Below are positions 1 through 9,614 of a stretch of DNA of 64,000 nt, piece after piece (within the stretch, counting starts at the first letter, position 1; every line of letters begins with the position of its first letter). The translations under genes and the position numbers were made by a program. The notes below the pieces were generated by a model. That model saw only the letters and a list, made by a program, of their open reading frames with translations. It did no database searches and had not been told where the DNA came from. Source of the stretch: Longimicrobiales bacterium (GTDB lineage Bacteria; Gemmatimonadota; Gemmatimonadetes; Longimicrobiales; Gaopeijiaceae); the NCBI GenBank assembly GCA_041690395.1, contig JAWLHJ010000005.1:128001-192000 (forward strand). Direction: 5' to 3'.

Positions 1-534
1 ATCCTCATCGTGCTGCACCTGCTGAAGCAGGCGCTGGGTACACAGACGGCGCCCCCCGCGCACCTTCTCGCGGCGATGGCGTTGCTCCTCACGGGCTTCG
101 TCATGGCTCCGACCTTCGAGCAGATCCAGGTGTCCGCGGTGGAACCGTGGATGAATGGAGAGACGGACGAGCTCCAGATGCTCGAGACGGCGTCGGGACC
201 CATGCGTGACTTCATGCTGTCGCATACTCGAGAGCAGGACCTGGCGTCCTTCAGCGAGATGAGCGCCGGTCCGGTGCCGGAAACCATCGACGACGTACCG
301 CTCGTCGTCGTGACCTCGGCGTTCGTCACGAGCGAGCTCACCAGCGCATTCCAGATGGGCTTTGCGCTTTTCCTTCCGTTCGTCGTGATCGACATCGTCG
401 TGGCGTCCGTGTTGATGAGCATGGGCATGTTCATGCTCCCTCCGGTGATGGTGTCACTCCCTTTCAAGCTCCTCCTGTTCGTGCTCGTCGATGGATGGTC
501 GCTGATCATGAACAGCCTGGTGAGGAGCTTCTGA
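1..534 (+). CDS. fliP: Flagellar export protein FliP (5'-truncated by window edge)
   Basis: Motifs SELTSAFQMGF, FLPFVVIDIVVASVLMSMGMFMLPP and LPFKLLLFVLVDGW; frame is open from base 1. Confidence 0.96.
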   Translation: MLIVLHLLKQALGTQTAPPAHLLAAMALLLTGFVMAPTFEQIQVSAVEPWMNGETDELQMLETASGPMRDFMLSHTREQDLASFSEMSAGPVPETIDDVPLVVVTSAFVTSELTSAFQMGFALFLPFVVIDIVVASVLMSMGMFMLPPVMVSLPFKLLLFVLVDGWSLIMNSLVRSF

Positions 535-803
535 TGCCGCTGGGCCTGGTACTCGACCTCGCGCGTGAGGCGCTCTGGACCTCTCTCCTGCTGGCCGGAC
601 CGCTGCTCGCCGTCGCCCTCGTGGTCGGCCTGCTGGTGAGCGTCCTCCAGGCCGTGACGTCGATTCAGGAGCAGACCCTCTCCTTCGTGCCGAAACTGTT
701 CGCCATCGGCGCCGTCTTCATCCTGCTTCTGTCGTGGATGTTGCAGATCATGATGCGGTACACGTCCGAGCTCTTCAGGGCGTTGCCCGGTCTGGTGAGC
801 TGA
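534..803 (+). CDS. fliQ: Flagellar export protein FliQ
   Basis: QAVTSIQEQTLSFVPK motif; ATG overlaps the fliP stop (TGATG). Confidence 0.95.
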   Translation: MPLGLVLDLAREALWTSLLLAGPLLAVALVVGLLVSVLQAVTSIQEQTLSFVPKLFAIGAVFILLLSWMLQIMMRYTSELFRALPGLVS

Positions 804-804
804 G

Positions 805-1602
805 ATGGCCGAGGTCACGGGAATGGAGATCTTCCAGCCGGCCGGCGCCTCGGTTGCTGCTTTACTGCTGCTGCGCATGGCCGGCCTCGTGTGGACCGCT
901 CCTGTGTTCTCCGCTCAGGTCCTGCCTGCTTCCCTGAAGACCGCACTGAGCGTTCTGCTGACGGTGCTCCTCTGGCCCATCGCCATGACACATGGAGCCT
1001 CGGCAGAGCTCGGCGTGGGGACGGTATTGTCCGAGATCCTGATCGGGATGGCCCTCGGCATGGGGGCGGCGGTGTTCGTTGCGGCGGCAGAGTCCGCCGG
1101 TGATATGGTCGCGGTCCAGATGGGCCTGTCCGGTGCGAACGTCCTCGATCCCATGTCCCGAACGCAGCTTCCGGTGCTCGGTCAGCTCCTCGGCCTCTTC
1201 GTCGTATCGCTGATCCTGGCGACCGGTGGCCATCTCGTCATCGTCAAGGCGCTGGCCGTGTCGCTCGAGCTCATGCCGTCCGGAAGTCGCGTGGCGGCTG
1301 CCGAGGGGGCCCGGGAGGTCGTGTACCTCGGTGCCACGCTGCTTTGGCTCGGGCTGCGGTTCGCGGCGCCCGTGGTCGCGGCGATGATGATCGGGAACGT
1401 GGCGCTCGGGGTCATGGCGCGCACCGTTCCCCAGTTGAACGTGCTGGTGGTGGCATTCCCCGTGCAGATCGGAATCGGTCTCTTCGTGCTGGCGGCCACC
1501 CTGCCCATGATGGCCAGCGGATTCCAGTCCTGGGACGTGAGCTACGAGGACGTGGTGGGACGCCTTCTGGAAGCCATGTCGCCCGCGGAGGACGCGCCCT
1601 GA
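805..1602 (+). CDS. fliR: Flagellar export protein FliR
   Basis: Hydrophobic 265 aa; AGDMVAVQMGL and ARTVPQLNVLVVAFP motifs; gene order. Confidence 0.95.
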   Translation: MAEVTGMEIFQPAGASVAALLLLRMAGLVWTAPVFSAQVLPASLKTALSVLLTVLLWPIAMTHGASAELGVGTVLSEILIGMALGMGAAVFVAAAESAGDMVAVQMGLSGANVLDPMSRTQLPVLGQLLGLFVVSLILATGGHLVIVKALAVSLELMPSGSRVAAAEGAREVVYLGATLLWLGLRFAAPVVAAMMIGNVALGVMARTVPQLNVLVVAFPVQIGIGLFVLAATLPMMASGFQSWDVSYEDVVGRLLEAMSPAEDAP

Positions 1603-2687
1603 TGTCCGAGGAGTCGATGCAGGAGAAGACCCAGGCGCCCACCCCGAAGCGGAGACAGGACGCGGCGCGGAAGGGGCAGGTCCCCCGCAGCCCGGAAGTG
1701 ACCACGGCGTTTCTACTCATGGCCGGGGCCGGCGCTGTGGGACTGGTGGGCGGCACTGCCTCGCGTACGGTGGTGGATCTGTTCGGTCGGAGTGTCGTGG
1801 GGGTCACCGCCATGCCGGTGGGCATGGACGGGGCCGTGGAGCATGTCGAAGCGGCTGCCGGTCTGGCCCTCGCCGCGGTTGCGCCCATCGTGCTGATCCT
1901 CTCGGGGACGGCGTTGGCCATCAGCGTTCTGCAGGCTCGTGGCGTGCTGACCCTGACGCCCCTGAAGCCGCAGTGGGAGCGGTTGGATCCCCTCAAGAAG
2001 GCCAAGCAGATCTGGGGGGTGAAAGCCGTGGCGGAGCTGTTGAAGTCTCTGCTCAAGTTGGGGCTCATCGGGGTCGTGGTGTGGATCACGCTTCGAAGCA
2101 TGATCGACGACGTCGGTTCCCTGTCCCAGACTTCGCCCATGGCGCTGTTGGTGCTGCTTCGCCGTTACACGGTTCGTGTTCTGCTCGCCGCCGGCGCGGC
2201 TTATCTGGTGGTGGCCGCCCTGGACTACGCCTACCAGGTGTGGCAGCACGAAAAGCAGCTTCGGATGACCCGCGAGGAGGTGAAGCGCGAGCTCAAGGAG
2301 AGCGAGGGCGATCAGGTCGTGAAGGTCCGGCGCCGGACCATGGCTCGGCAGCTCGCACACCGCCGAATGATGCTGTCCGTGTCCGAGGCGGATGTGGTCG
2401 TCACGAATCCGACCCATGTGGCGGTGGCGCTGAAGTACGATCCCGATGTGGCTCCGGCCCCCATCGTGCTCGCCATGGGTGAGCGGAAGGTGGCTGAGCG
2501 CATCAAGGCGCTGGCCGCGGAAGAGGGCATCCCGACCGTCGAGAACAAGCCTCTTGCCCGTGCTCTCCTGGCCACCGCACGCGTCGGTCAGGCCATTCCC
2601 GTCGAGTTCTTCGTCGCGGTCGCCGAGGTCCTCGCCTTCGTCTACAAGCATCGTAGCGGTGCCGGAACGTATGGGGTCGGCCGATGA
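1602..2687 (+). CDS. flhB: Flagellar export switch protein FlhB
   Basis: EKTQAPTPKR N-terminus, NPTH autocleavage motif, ELKESEGD; start at TGATG overlap. Confidence 0.96.
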   Translation: MSEESMQEKTQAPTPKRRQDAARKGQVPRSPEVTTAFLLMAGAGAVGLVGGTASRTVVDLFGRSVVGVTAMPVGMDGAVEHVEAAAGLALAAVAPIVLILSGTALAISVLQARGVLTLTPLKPQWERLDPLKKAKQIWGVKAVAELLKSLLKLGLIGVVVWITLRSMIDDVGSLSQTSPMALLVLLRRYTVRVLLAAGAAYLVVAALDYAYQVWQHEKQLRMTREEVKRELKESEGDQVVKVRRRTMARQLAHRRMMLSVSEADVVVTNPTHVAVALKYDPDVAPAPIVLAMGERKVAERIKALAAEEGIPTVENKPLARALLATARVGQAIPVEFFVAVAEVLAFVYKHRSGAGTYGVGR

Positions 2688-4768
2688 ACCCGGAGGCATT
2701 GCTGCCCAAGCCGTTCAGGGACGCCGGCGAGATCTCCGTCGTCGTCGGCATCGTCTTCATCGTGGGGCTGTTGGTGCTGCCGCTGCCGACGGTGTTGTTG
2801 GATCTCTTCCTCGCGCTTTCCATCGCGTCGGCCCTCTTGATCCTGCTCGTGACGCTGAACGCGAATCGGGCGCTCGACTTCTCCGCGTTTCCCGCCGTCC
2901 TCCTCATCCTGACCCTGTATCGGCTGGCTCTGAACGTCAGCTCGACCCGGCTGATCCTGGGACAGGGGGAAGCCGGGAAGGTGATCGAGTCGTTCGGGCA
3001 GTTCGTCATCGGGGGGAACTACGCGGTCGGGGTCGTGATCTTTCTCGTCCTCGTCGGCATCAACTTCATCGTGATCACGAAGGGCGCGGGCAGGGTGGCC
3101 GAGGTGGCGGCGCGGTTCACCCTCGACGCCATGCCGGGTCGCCAGATGAGCATCGACGGGGACCTGTCGGCGGGTCTCATCGACGACAAGGAGGCCAAGC
3201 GCAGGCGTGAGGAGGTCTCACGCGAGGCGGACTTCTACGGAGCCATGGACGGTGCCGCCAAGTTCGTGCGTGGCGACGCAATCGCGGGCCTCCTGATTAC
3301 GGGCATCAACATTCTCGGGGGTCTCTTCGTCGGCGTCGTTCAGCGAGAGATGGATGTCGCGTCGGCACTGTCCACCTACACGATCCTGACCGTGGGCGAC
3401 GGGTTGGTGAGTCAGATTCCGGCGCTGATCATCTCCACCGCGTCGGGCATCATGGTCACCTCGTCCGGTGGGGGCGAGCGTGTCGGCGTCGCCGTGCTCA
3501 ATCAGCTCGGCCGGGACGCGCGGCCCATGTGGATCGCCTCGGGGTTTCTGGGCGCCCTGGGCCTGGTGCCCGGAATGCCGACCGTGCCCTTTCTCGTGCT
3601 GTCGGGCGGCGCCGCCGCGGCCGCACGCTACTCTGCGAAAGAAGCCGAGGAGCTCGCCGAGGTCGGTAGGATCGAGGCCGAGGAGGCTCGGGAGCCGGAG
3701 CCGGCCCCGGACCAGAGCACGATCCACGACCTTCTGCAGACGGATACGGTCGAGCTCGAGGTGGGCTACGGGCTCATCCCGCTCGTCGACGAGAAGCAGG
3801 GAGGTGATCTCCTCAGTCGCATCCGCCTGCTCCGCAAGCAGGCCGCGCTGGAGATCGGCATTCTCGTGCCTCCGATTCGAATCCGCGATGACGTCCGCCT
3901 TCCAGCCGACGTCTACGTCGTGAAGATCCGGGGCTCGGAGGCCGCGCGTGGCGAAGTCAGGCCGCGCCAGCTGCTCGCGCTGGACACCGGCGGCGCCTTC
4001 GGCGCGCTCGAGGGTGAAGACACGTTCGACCCGAGCTTCGGCATGCCGGCCAAGTGGATCCCGATGAAGGCGCGCGTCGATGCGGAGGCCGCTGGATACA
4101 CGGTGGTCGAAGCGTCCACCGTCCTTGCCACGCATCTCATGGAGACCCTCAAGGCGAGCGCGTCGGAGCTGCTGGGCCGCCAGGATGTCAAGGAGATGAT
4201 CGAAGCGCTCAAGGAATCGTACCCCGCGCTGGTCGACGAGGTGGTGCCGAACCGGCTCCCCCTCGGCACGTTGCATCGCGTGCTTCAACGCCTTCTCGCC
4301 GAGCGCGTGCCCATTCGCGACATGGTCACCATCATGGAGACGCTCGCCGACGCCTCGGAGACGACCAAGGATCCGGAGGCGCTCACCGAGCACGCCCGGC
4401 GTGCGCTGTCGAACGTCATCGGAGACCGGTTCACCGGTCCGGACGGCTCGATTCGCGGGATCACTCTGGGCCCCTCCCTCGAGGCGGCGCTGATGGGCCT
4501 GTTCAGCCCCAGAGCGAACCGGGCGTCTACCGACATGATGGACCCCGAGCGGCTCACCATGCTCCTCAACAGGCTCGACGACCTGACGCGAGCGCACGGC
4601 GACGAGGGACGTGCCGTGCCCATCATCACACCTCCTGGCTTGAGGGTCGGCGTTCGCCGGTTGATCGAGCCCGTTCTTCCGAACGTACCTGTCATCTCGC
4701 TGGCGGAGCTGCCCGCTCAGGCCAACTTGCGCAGCGTAGCCACCTGGGACTTGTCCAATGCAGCTTGA
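2684..4768 (+). CDS. flhA: Flagellar export gate FlhA
   Basis: RVAEVAARFTLDAMPGRQM, FYGAMDGAAKFVRGD and GDGLVSQIP motifs. Confidence 0.97.
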   Translation: MNPEALLPKPFRDAGEISVVVGIVFIVGLLVLPLPTVLLDLFLALSIASALLILLVTLNANRALDFSAFPAVLLILTLYRLALNVSSTRLILGQGEAGKVIESFGQFVIGGNYAVGVVIFLVLVGINFIVITKGAGRVAEVAARFTLDAMPGRQMSIDGDLSAGLIDDKEAKRRREEVSREADFYGAMDGAAKFVRGDAIAGLLITGINILGGLFVGVVQREMDVASALSTYTILTVGDGLVSQIPALIISTASGIMVTSSGGGERVGVAVLNQLGRDARPMWIASGFLGALGLVPGMPTVPFLVLSGGAAAAARYSAKEAEELAEVGRIEAEEAREPEPAPDQSTIHDLLQTDTVELEVGYGLIPLVDEKQGGDLLSRIRLLRKQAALEIGILVPPIRIRDDVRLPADVYVVKIRGSEAARGEVRPRQLLALDTGGAFGALEGEDTFDPSFGMPAKWIPMKARVDAEAAGYTVVEASTVLATHLMETLKASASELLGRQDVKEMIEALKESYPALVDEVVPNRLPLGTLHRVLQRLLAERVPIRDMVTIMETLADASETTKDPEALTEHARRALSNVIGDRFTGPDGSIRGITLGPSLEAALMGLFSPRANRASTDMMDPERLTMLLNRLDDLTRAHGDEGRAVPIITPPGLRVGVRRLIEPVLPNVPVISLAELPAQANLRSVATWDLSNAA

Positions 4769-5585
4769 GACTTTTCGAGGCCGGGATCTCCCGTCCGTCA
4801 TGCGGCTCGTCCGTGCCGCGCTCGGGGGCGATGCGCTGATCCTGACGACGCACGCCCTCCACGAACCGGAGGGGCGGGCCTTCGAAGTGGTCGCGGCGAA
4901 GCCCGAGGCCCTGGAGGCGTTTCGCCGTTCCCTCGATGGAGGGTTGGCGGCGGCCCGCCGGGCCAGGACGCGCAGTCGCGTCGGGCCCTACACCGTCGCG
5001 CTCGTCGGCCCTTCGGGTGCGGGTAAGACCACGACGGCGGTCAAGCTCGCGCTTCACCCCAAGGGCCTCGGTGGGCGGAAGATCGGATTCGTGACCCTCG
5101 ATACGTATCGAGTGGGCGCGTTGGAGGAGCTTCAGACCTATGCCGAGATCACGAGTGTGCCCATGGAGGTCGCCTATTCCGAGGAGGATGTCGGACCGGC
5201 CCTGGAGCGTCTCCGTGACCGGGACGTCGTTCTGGTCGATACACCCAGTCGACTCGAGGCGGAGTGCGATTGGCTTTCGATCCTCCGACGCATCGACCCC
5301 GACGAAGTGCACCTGGTGATGCCTGCGGGCCTTCGGCATGACGTGGCGCTTCGCCTCCGGGACCGCTTCGGGGTCGCAGGGGTGACCCACGGTCTGTACA
5401 CGAAGGTCGACGACCTCGAGGACGACGCGGGGCTGGCGCAGACCGCGGAGGCCGTCTCCCTTCCTGTGCGATGGATCGCGGACGGACACGAGGTTCCGGG
5501 GGCCCTCGCCGCAGCGCTTCCCCGGATTCTCGGTGCACTGGGGCGTCGTTGGAGCGACGCCGACGCACGACGGATGGCCGGCTGA
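4758..5585 (+). CDS. flhF: FlhF-like SRP GTPase (short)
   Basis: FlhF-type N-terminus, GPSGAGKTT, DTYRVGA, TKVDD; follows flhA. Confidence 0.88.
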   Translation: MQLETFRGRDLPSVMRLVRAALGGDALILTTHALHEPEGRAFEVVAAKPEALEAFRRSLDGGLAAARRARTRSRVGPYTVALVGPSGAGKTTTAVKLALHPKGLGGRKIGFVTLDTYRVGALEELQTYAEITSVPMEVAYSEEDVGPALERLRDRDVVLVDTPSRLEAECDWLSILRRIDPDEVHLVMPAGLRHDVALRLRDRFGVAGVTHGLYTKVDDLEDDAGLAQTAEAVSLPVRWIADGHEVPGALAAALPRILGALGRRWSDADARRMAG

Positions 5586-5603
5586 CGCCGCGCCGATCTC
5601 ACG

Positions 5604-6467
5604 ATGTCTGGCGTTCGCCGCTCCCTCGATTCCCTCAAGGCCTTCATGGCCGGATCCGGAGGGAGCGCTCCTTTCGAGCCCCGCCCGGGCGTGTTCGTCG
5701 TGGGTTCCGGAAAGGGAGGGGTGGGTACCTCGGTGGTGGCGGCGCTCCTCGCCGTCGAGGCCGCGAGGCGGCACGGTCGCGTTCTCCTGGTGGACGCGGA
5801 CGAGACCGTCGGATCGCTACACCTCATGTTCGGCCAGGACGACGGGGGGCCGGGCCTCGGCGCTCTGCGAAAGCCGGGGGTGGTCGCTGAAGACCTGTTG
5901 CGGCAAGTCGCGCCGGGAGTCTCGCTCCTCTCCGGAGGCGGAGGAGGTGTCGATGCCACGCTGAGCTCCGCTCTGGGTGAGCGTCGGAGCCTTCTGCGCC
6001 GTGTATCCGGACTCTACGACGACTTCACCACGGTGGTCGTGGATGGCGGCTCCCGACTGGAGTCCGTGATGGCCGCGTGCTCCGCGGGGGCCGCCCGACT
6101 CCTCTGTGTGACCACCGGTGATCGGATCTCGCTGGCGGCGAGCTACGCACTGTTCAAGGTCGCGCGGGCGCGCTTCCGCGGGCTGCCGGTGGACCTTCTG
6201 GTCAATCGGGCGGACGCAGCCGAAGCGTCGGATCTGCACGCGGTGGTCGGGCGCGCGGCCAGGAGCTTCCTGGCCACCGACATCGGATTCGGTGGGTCCA
6301 TTCCCACTTCGCCCGAGGTCGTCTGGAGCCTCCAGGCGGGGGTGTCGTTGTTCGGCGTGGAGGCGCGCTCGGGCGCGGGCACGGCGATGACCGCTCTCGG
6401 CGACCGGCTTTTCGGTAGCCGCGCCTCCGGAGCCGCGGACGACCAGATCGTCCACCTGATTCGGTAG
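5604..6467 (+). CDS. flhG: FlhG/FleN MinD-like ATPase (degenerate Walker A)
   Basis: GSGKGGVGTS and VLLVDAD; lies between flhF and fliA. Confidence 0.8.
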   Translation: MSGVRRSLDSLKAFMAGSGGSAPFEPRPGVFVVGSGKGGVGTSVVAALLAVEAARRHGRVLLVDADETVGSLHLMFGQDDGGPGLGALRKPGVVAEDLLRQVAPGVSLLSGGGGGVDATLSSALGERRSLLRRVSGLYDDFTTVVVDGGSRLESVMAACSAGAARLLCVTTGDRISLAASYALFKVARARFRGLPVDLLVNRADAAEASDLHAVVGRAARSFLATDIGFGGSIPTSPEVVWSLQAGVSLFGVEARSGAGTAMTALGDRLFGSRASGAADDQIVHLIR

Positions 6468-6776
6468 CGTCCCGCTTCGGCCGGTGGCGCATGGTAAGCG
6501 CGATCGGTGCTACGGGCTACCGAGGCCTTCCCCGGCGCCTCGACCTCCCCGCGGCCAACCGGAAGATCCGACCGGTTCGGACAGGAAGCACCTTCCGGGT
6601 CACTCCTCCCGAGCCTGGCACCCGAATCGAAGCGGGCCCGTGTCCGTGAGGCTCTAAAGTGTTGCAGGACAACGTAATGTACGTATGTGACGGGCGCTCG
6701 GCCAAAGTCCTGGCACGTGGTACGGTGCGTGCCCTTAAGGGGTGCAGCCAACGCTGGGAACTCTGGAGAGAGCGAC

Positions 6777-7535
6777 ATGGAACACACGACTACCGGGTGG
6801 GACGCGGCTCAGAGCGGGACGGACGTCGCTGCGCGTGACGATCTGATCTCACGGCACATGAGGCTGGTGCATCACGTCGCGCGGCAGGTGATGCGATCCA
6901 CAAGCGCGGACGTCGACCTGGACGAGCTCGTCAGCGCTGGAGCCGTTGGGCTCATGAAGGCCATTGAGAACTTCGATCCTTCGCGGGGCCTCGCGTTCAG
7001 CACGTATGCCGCGCCCAGAATTCGGGGCTCGGTGCTCGACGATCTGCGAAGGAGAGATCACGCACCCCGATCGATCCGGAAGAAGCAGCGCGACATCTCG
7101 CGCGCCACGGAGAAGCTGCAGGCGGAGCTGGGGCGCGCTCCGTCGCCGGACGAAGTGGCGAACGAGCTCGGAATCGACGTGACCAAGCTGTGGAAGTGGG
7201 AGCGAGAAACTGAGTATGCGGGGCGGGTGTCCATCGATGCCACCGTCGACTCCGGGTATGGTCGCGCCATGGCCCCGAAGGACGTGCTCGCCGGTGACGA
7301 CGAAGTGAGCGTCGAGGAGGAGATCACTCGGAAAGAAGAAGTGGCGTTCCTGCGTGACGAGATCCTCAACCTGAAGGAACAGGAGCGCCTCGTGCTCTCC
7401 CTGTACTACTTCGAGGAGCTCAAGCTCCATGAGATCGCTTCCATTCTCGGCGTCACCGAATCGCGGATCTCACAGATCAGGTCGCAGGCGGTCGCGAACC
7501 TGCGTGGGCGCCTGGGTCATCTTCGGGAGGACTGA
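6777..7535 (+). CDS. fliA: RNA polymerase sigma-28 factor FliA/WhiG
   Basis: FSTYAAPRIRGSVLDDLR and LGVTESRISQI; GGAGAG upstream of ATG 6777. Confidence 0.95.
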   Translation: MEHTTTGWDAAQSGTDVAARDDLISRHMRLVHHVARQVMRSTSADVDLDELVSAGAVGLMKAIENFDPSRGLAFSTYAAPRIRGSVLDDLRRRDHAPRSIRKKQRDISRATEKLQAELGRAPSPDEVANELGIDVTKLWKWERETEYAGRVSIDATVDSGYGRAMAPKDVLAGDDEVSVEEEITRKEEVAFLRDEILNLKEQERLVLSLYYFEELKLHEIASILGVTESRISQIRSQAVANLRGRLGHLRED

Positions 7536-7538
7536 GCC

Positions 7539-8108
7539 ATGAGCCTCCGCCCGACGGTGTTCCTGATGCGGCCCTTCGCCGAGGGTGTCGCGAATGAGCA
7601 GGCCCGTGCCCTCGCTCTCGAGTCGGTACCCGTGGCGCCCACGGAGTTACAGCCCTCTCAGTATGTGGCGGCCCAGGTGCGACGGATCCTGAGAGGAGAA
7701 GGCGACGCGTCGGTCTGGGCCCGCTTGCACGAGGCGCTGGCCGAAGTCGGGAGTGGCTCGGCTTCGTTGTCGCTCCCGTCTGCCGTTCCCACGACCGGTG
7801 CGTCGCCTGCGCCCGGCGATTGGGTCGCGTTCGCTGGGAGGTGGATGGAGTCGTCCCTGAGCTCGGCCTACGCACCCTATGCGCTCGCCCTCGCGGCCGC
7901 GTGCGTTCTCGTCCTCGCTTTCGCCTTCATCACCAGACGTCGGCAAGGCCGAATGTCGCCGCCGGAGGCTGTGGCCTCCGGGAATCTCGACCGTAGAGGC
8001 CAGGTCCGCGCCCTGGCGGCCACCGGCGTTCCCGTCGCCGATATCGCCCGCCGAATGGGCTTGTCCCGGGAAGCCGTCGTCGTCCTGACGCGGGTGCGCA
8101 CGTCGTGA
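7539..8108 (+). CDS. Hypothetical single-TM protein with C-terminal HTH-like segment
   Basis: TM ALALAAACVLVLAFAFI, then VADIARRMGLSREAV; fills the gap between fliA and flgF and overlaps flgF by 4 nt. Confidence 0.65.
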   Translation: MSLRPTVFLMRPFAEGVANEQARALALESVPVAPTELQPSQYVAAQVRRILRGEGDASVWARLHEALAEVGSGSASLSLPSAVPTTGASPAPGDWVAFAGRWMESSLSSAYAPYALALAAACVLVLAFAFITRRRQGRMSPPEAVASGNLDRRGQVRALAATGVPVADIARRMGLSREAVVVLTRVRTS

Positions 8109-8794
8109 GGGTCGGGGAGGTGAGCGCTCGGGCGCTCCGGTACTGGGAGCAACGCCAGGCCGCCATGTCCAACAATCTGGCCAATGTGGAGACGGCCGGA
8201 TTCAAGGCTGAGCGCGTCTTCGCTCGGCTGCTTGCCGACGGCGACCTCGTGGCCGTGAGCCAGGCCGACCACGCCGAAGGCTCCCTCACCCCTACGGGAC
8301 GGGAGTTGGACATCGCCCTCGGCGGTCGCGGATTTCTCGTCGTCGAAACCCCTGAAGGGGAGGAACGGTGGATTCGAGGTGGCGCTTTGTCCCTGAGCCC
8401 CGATGGCATGCTCGTGGACATGGGCGGACGCGCCGTGCTGGGTGAAGCGGGGCCGATCGTCGTGCCGCCGGGGCAGATCGAGATCACCGCCGCCGGTGAG
8501 CTGCGGGTGGACGGGGAGCCGTTCGACCGATTGAGGCTGGAGAGGCCCGGCGACGCGGAGGTCGTCGAGCGCCGTGGGGCGAATCTCTGGCTTCCGACCG
8601 GACTCAAGACCCCCCTCGGTCCGGACGAGATTCAAGTACGCCAGGGCCACCTCGAAGAGAGCAACGTGGATCCGGTAGGCTCGCTCGTCGAGATGATCGA
8701 GATCCAGCGCGCATATACCGCGATCCAACGTTCGATGCAGACCGAGGACGCGATGATGCAGTCCATAGCGAGCGAGATCGGCCGCATCGGCTGA
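8105..8794 (+). CDS. flgF: Flagellar basal-body rod protein FlgF
   Basis: SNNLANVETAGFK and LEESNVDPV; precedes flgG. Confidence 0.88.
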   Translation: MRVGEVSARALRYWEQRQAAMSNNLANVETAGFKAERVFARLLADGDLVAVSQADHAEGSLTPTGRELDIALGGRGFLVVETPEGEERWIRGGALSLSPDGMLVDMGGRAVLGEAGPIVVPPGQIEITAAGELRVDGEPFDRLRLERPGDAEVVERRGANLWLPTGLKTPLGPDEIQVRQGHLEESNVDPVGSLVEMIEIQRAYTAIQRSMQTEDAMMQSIASEIGRIG

Positions 8795-8825
8795 TCCGAA
8801 CGAATCTCAAGACGGAAGAAATCCC

Positions 8826-9614
8826 ATGGATCCAGCACTTCGCGCCGCTGCCACAGGCATGCAGGCACAGCAAACGAGAGTCGAAGTCATCTCCAACAAC
8901 CTGGCGAACGTGAACACCACCGGGTTCAAGCGGAGCCGAGCGCACTTCGAAGACCTGCTCTACCAGACGCGGCAAGGTGCACAGGCCATCGACGGTGCCG
9001 ACAGCGAAACGACCGGGGCCGTCCAGATCGGTCGGGGCACTCGCCTGTCGGCGGTTCAGCGCGTGCACAATCAGGGAGGTGTCGAGCAGACCGGGCGGGC
9101 TCTGGATCTGGCCATCGAAGGAGAGGGGTTCTTCCAGGTGGAGCTTCCGGACGGCACCATCGGCTACACGCGTGACGGCTCGCTGGAGATCTCCGATCAG
9201 GGGACCCTCGTCACGAGCGGTGGCTACACCATCGTACCTGGGATCGCGATTCCGACCGATTCGGCCGAGCTCACCGTGTCGCGCACCGGTGTCGTCTCGG
9301 TGAGCACGGTGGGGGACGCCAGACCTCTGGAGGTCGGCCGGCTGGAGATGGCCCGCTTCACGAACCCATCGGGACTGCGAGCGATGGGTGAGAATCTGTA
9401 TACCGCGACGGGGGCGTCCGGGGAGCCGCTCCTCGGGTTCGCGCAGGAAGGCGGCTTCGGTCGCGTGCTGCAGGGCTCCCTCGAGGGCAGCAACGTCGAG
9501 ATCGTGCAAGAGATGGTCGACATGATCACGGCCATGCGCGCCTACGAGATCAACTCCAAGGCCGTGCAGTCCGCCGAGGAGTTGTCCGAGATCGCCAACA
9601 GCCTGGTCCGATGA
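8826..9614 (+). CDS. flgG: Flagellar distal rod protein FlgG
   Basis: SNNLANVNTTGFKRSR.FEDLLYQ, YTRDG, LEGSNVEIVQEMVDMI. Confidence 0.96.
   Translation: MDPALRAAATGMQAQQTRVEVISNNLANVNTTGFKRSRAHFEDLLYQTRQGAQAIDGADSETTGAVQIGRGTRLSAVQRVHNQGGVEQTGRALDLAIEGEGFFQVELPDGTIGYTRDGSLEISDQGTLVTSGGYTIVPGIAIPTDSAELTVSRTGVVSVSTVGDARPLEVGRLEMARFTNPSGLRAMGENLYTATGASGEPLLGFAQEGGFGRVLQGSLEGSNVEIVQEMVDMITAMRAYEINSKAVQSAEELSEIANSLVR

Noticed and set aside
6559..6600. GGAAGCA-containing hairpin as SRP RNA
   Set aside because: Lacks the CAGG...GNRA helix-8 arrangement
6655..6681. TAAAGT as a sigma-28 -35 before fliA
   Set aside because: No CGA-containing -10 box at 15-16 nt
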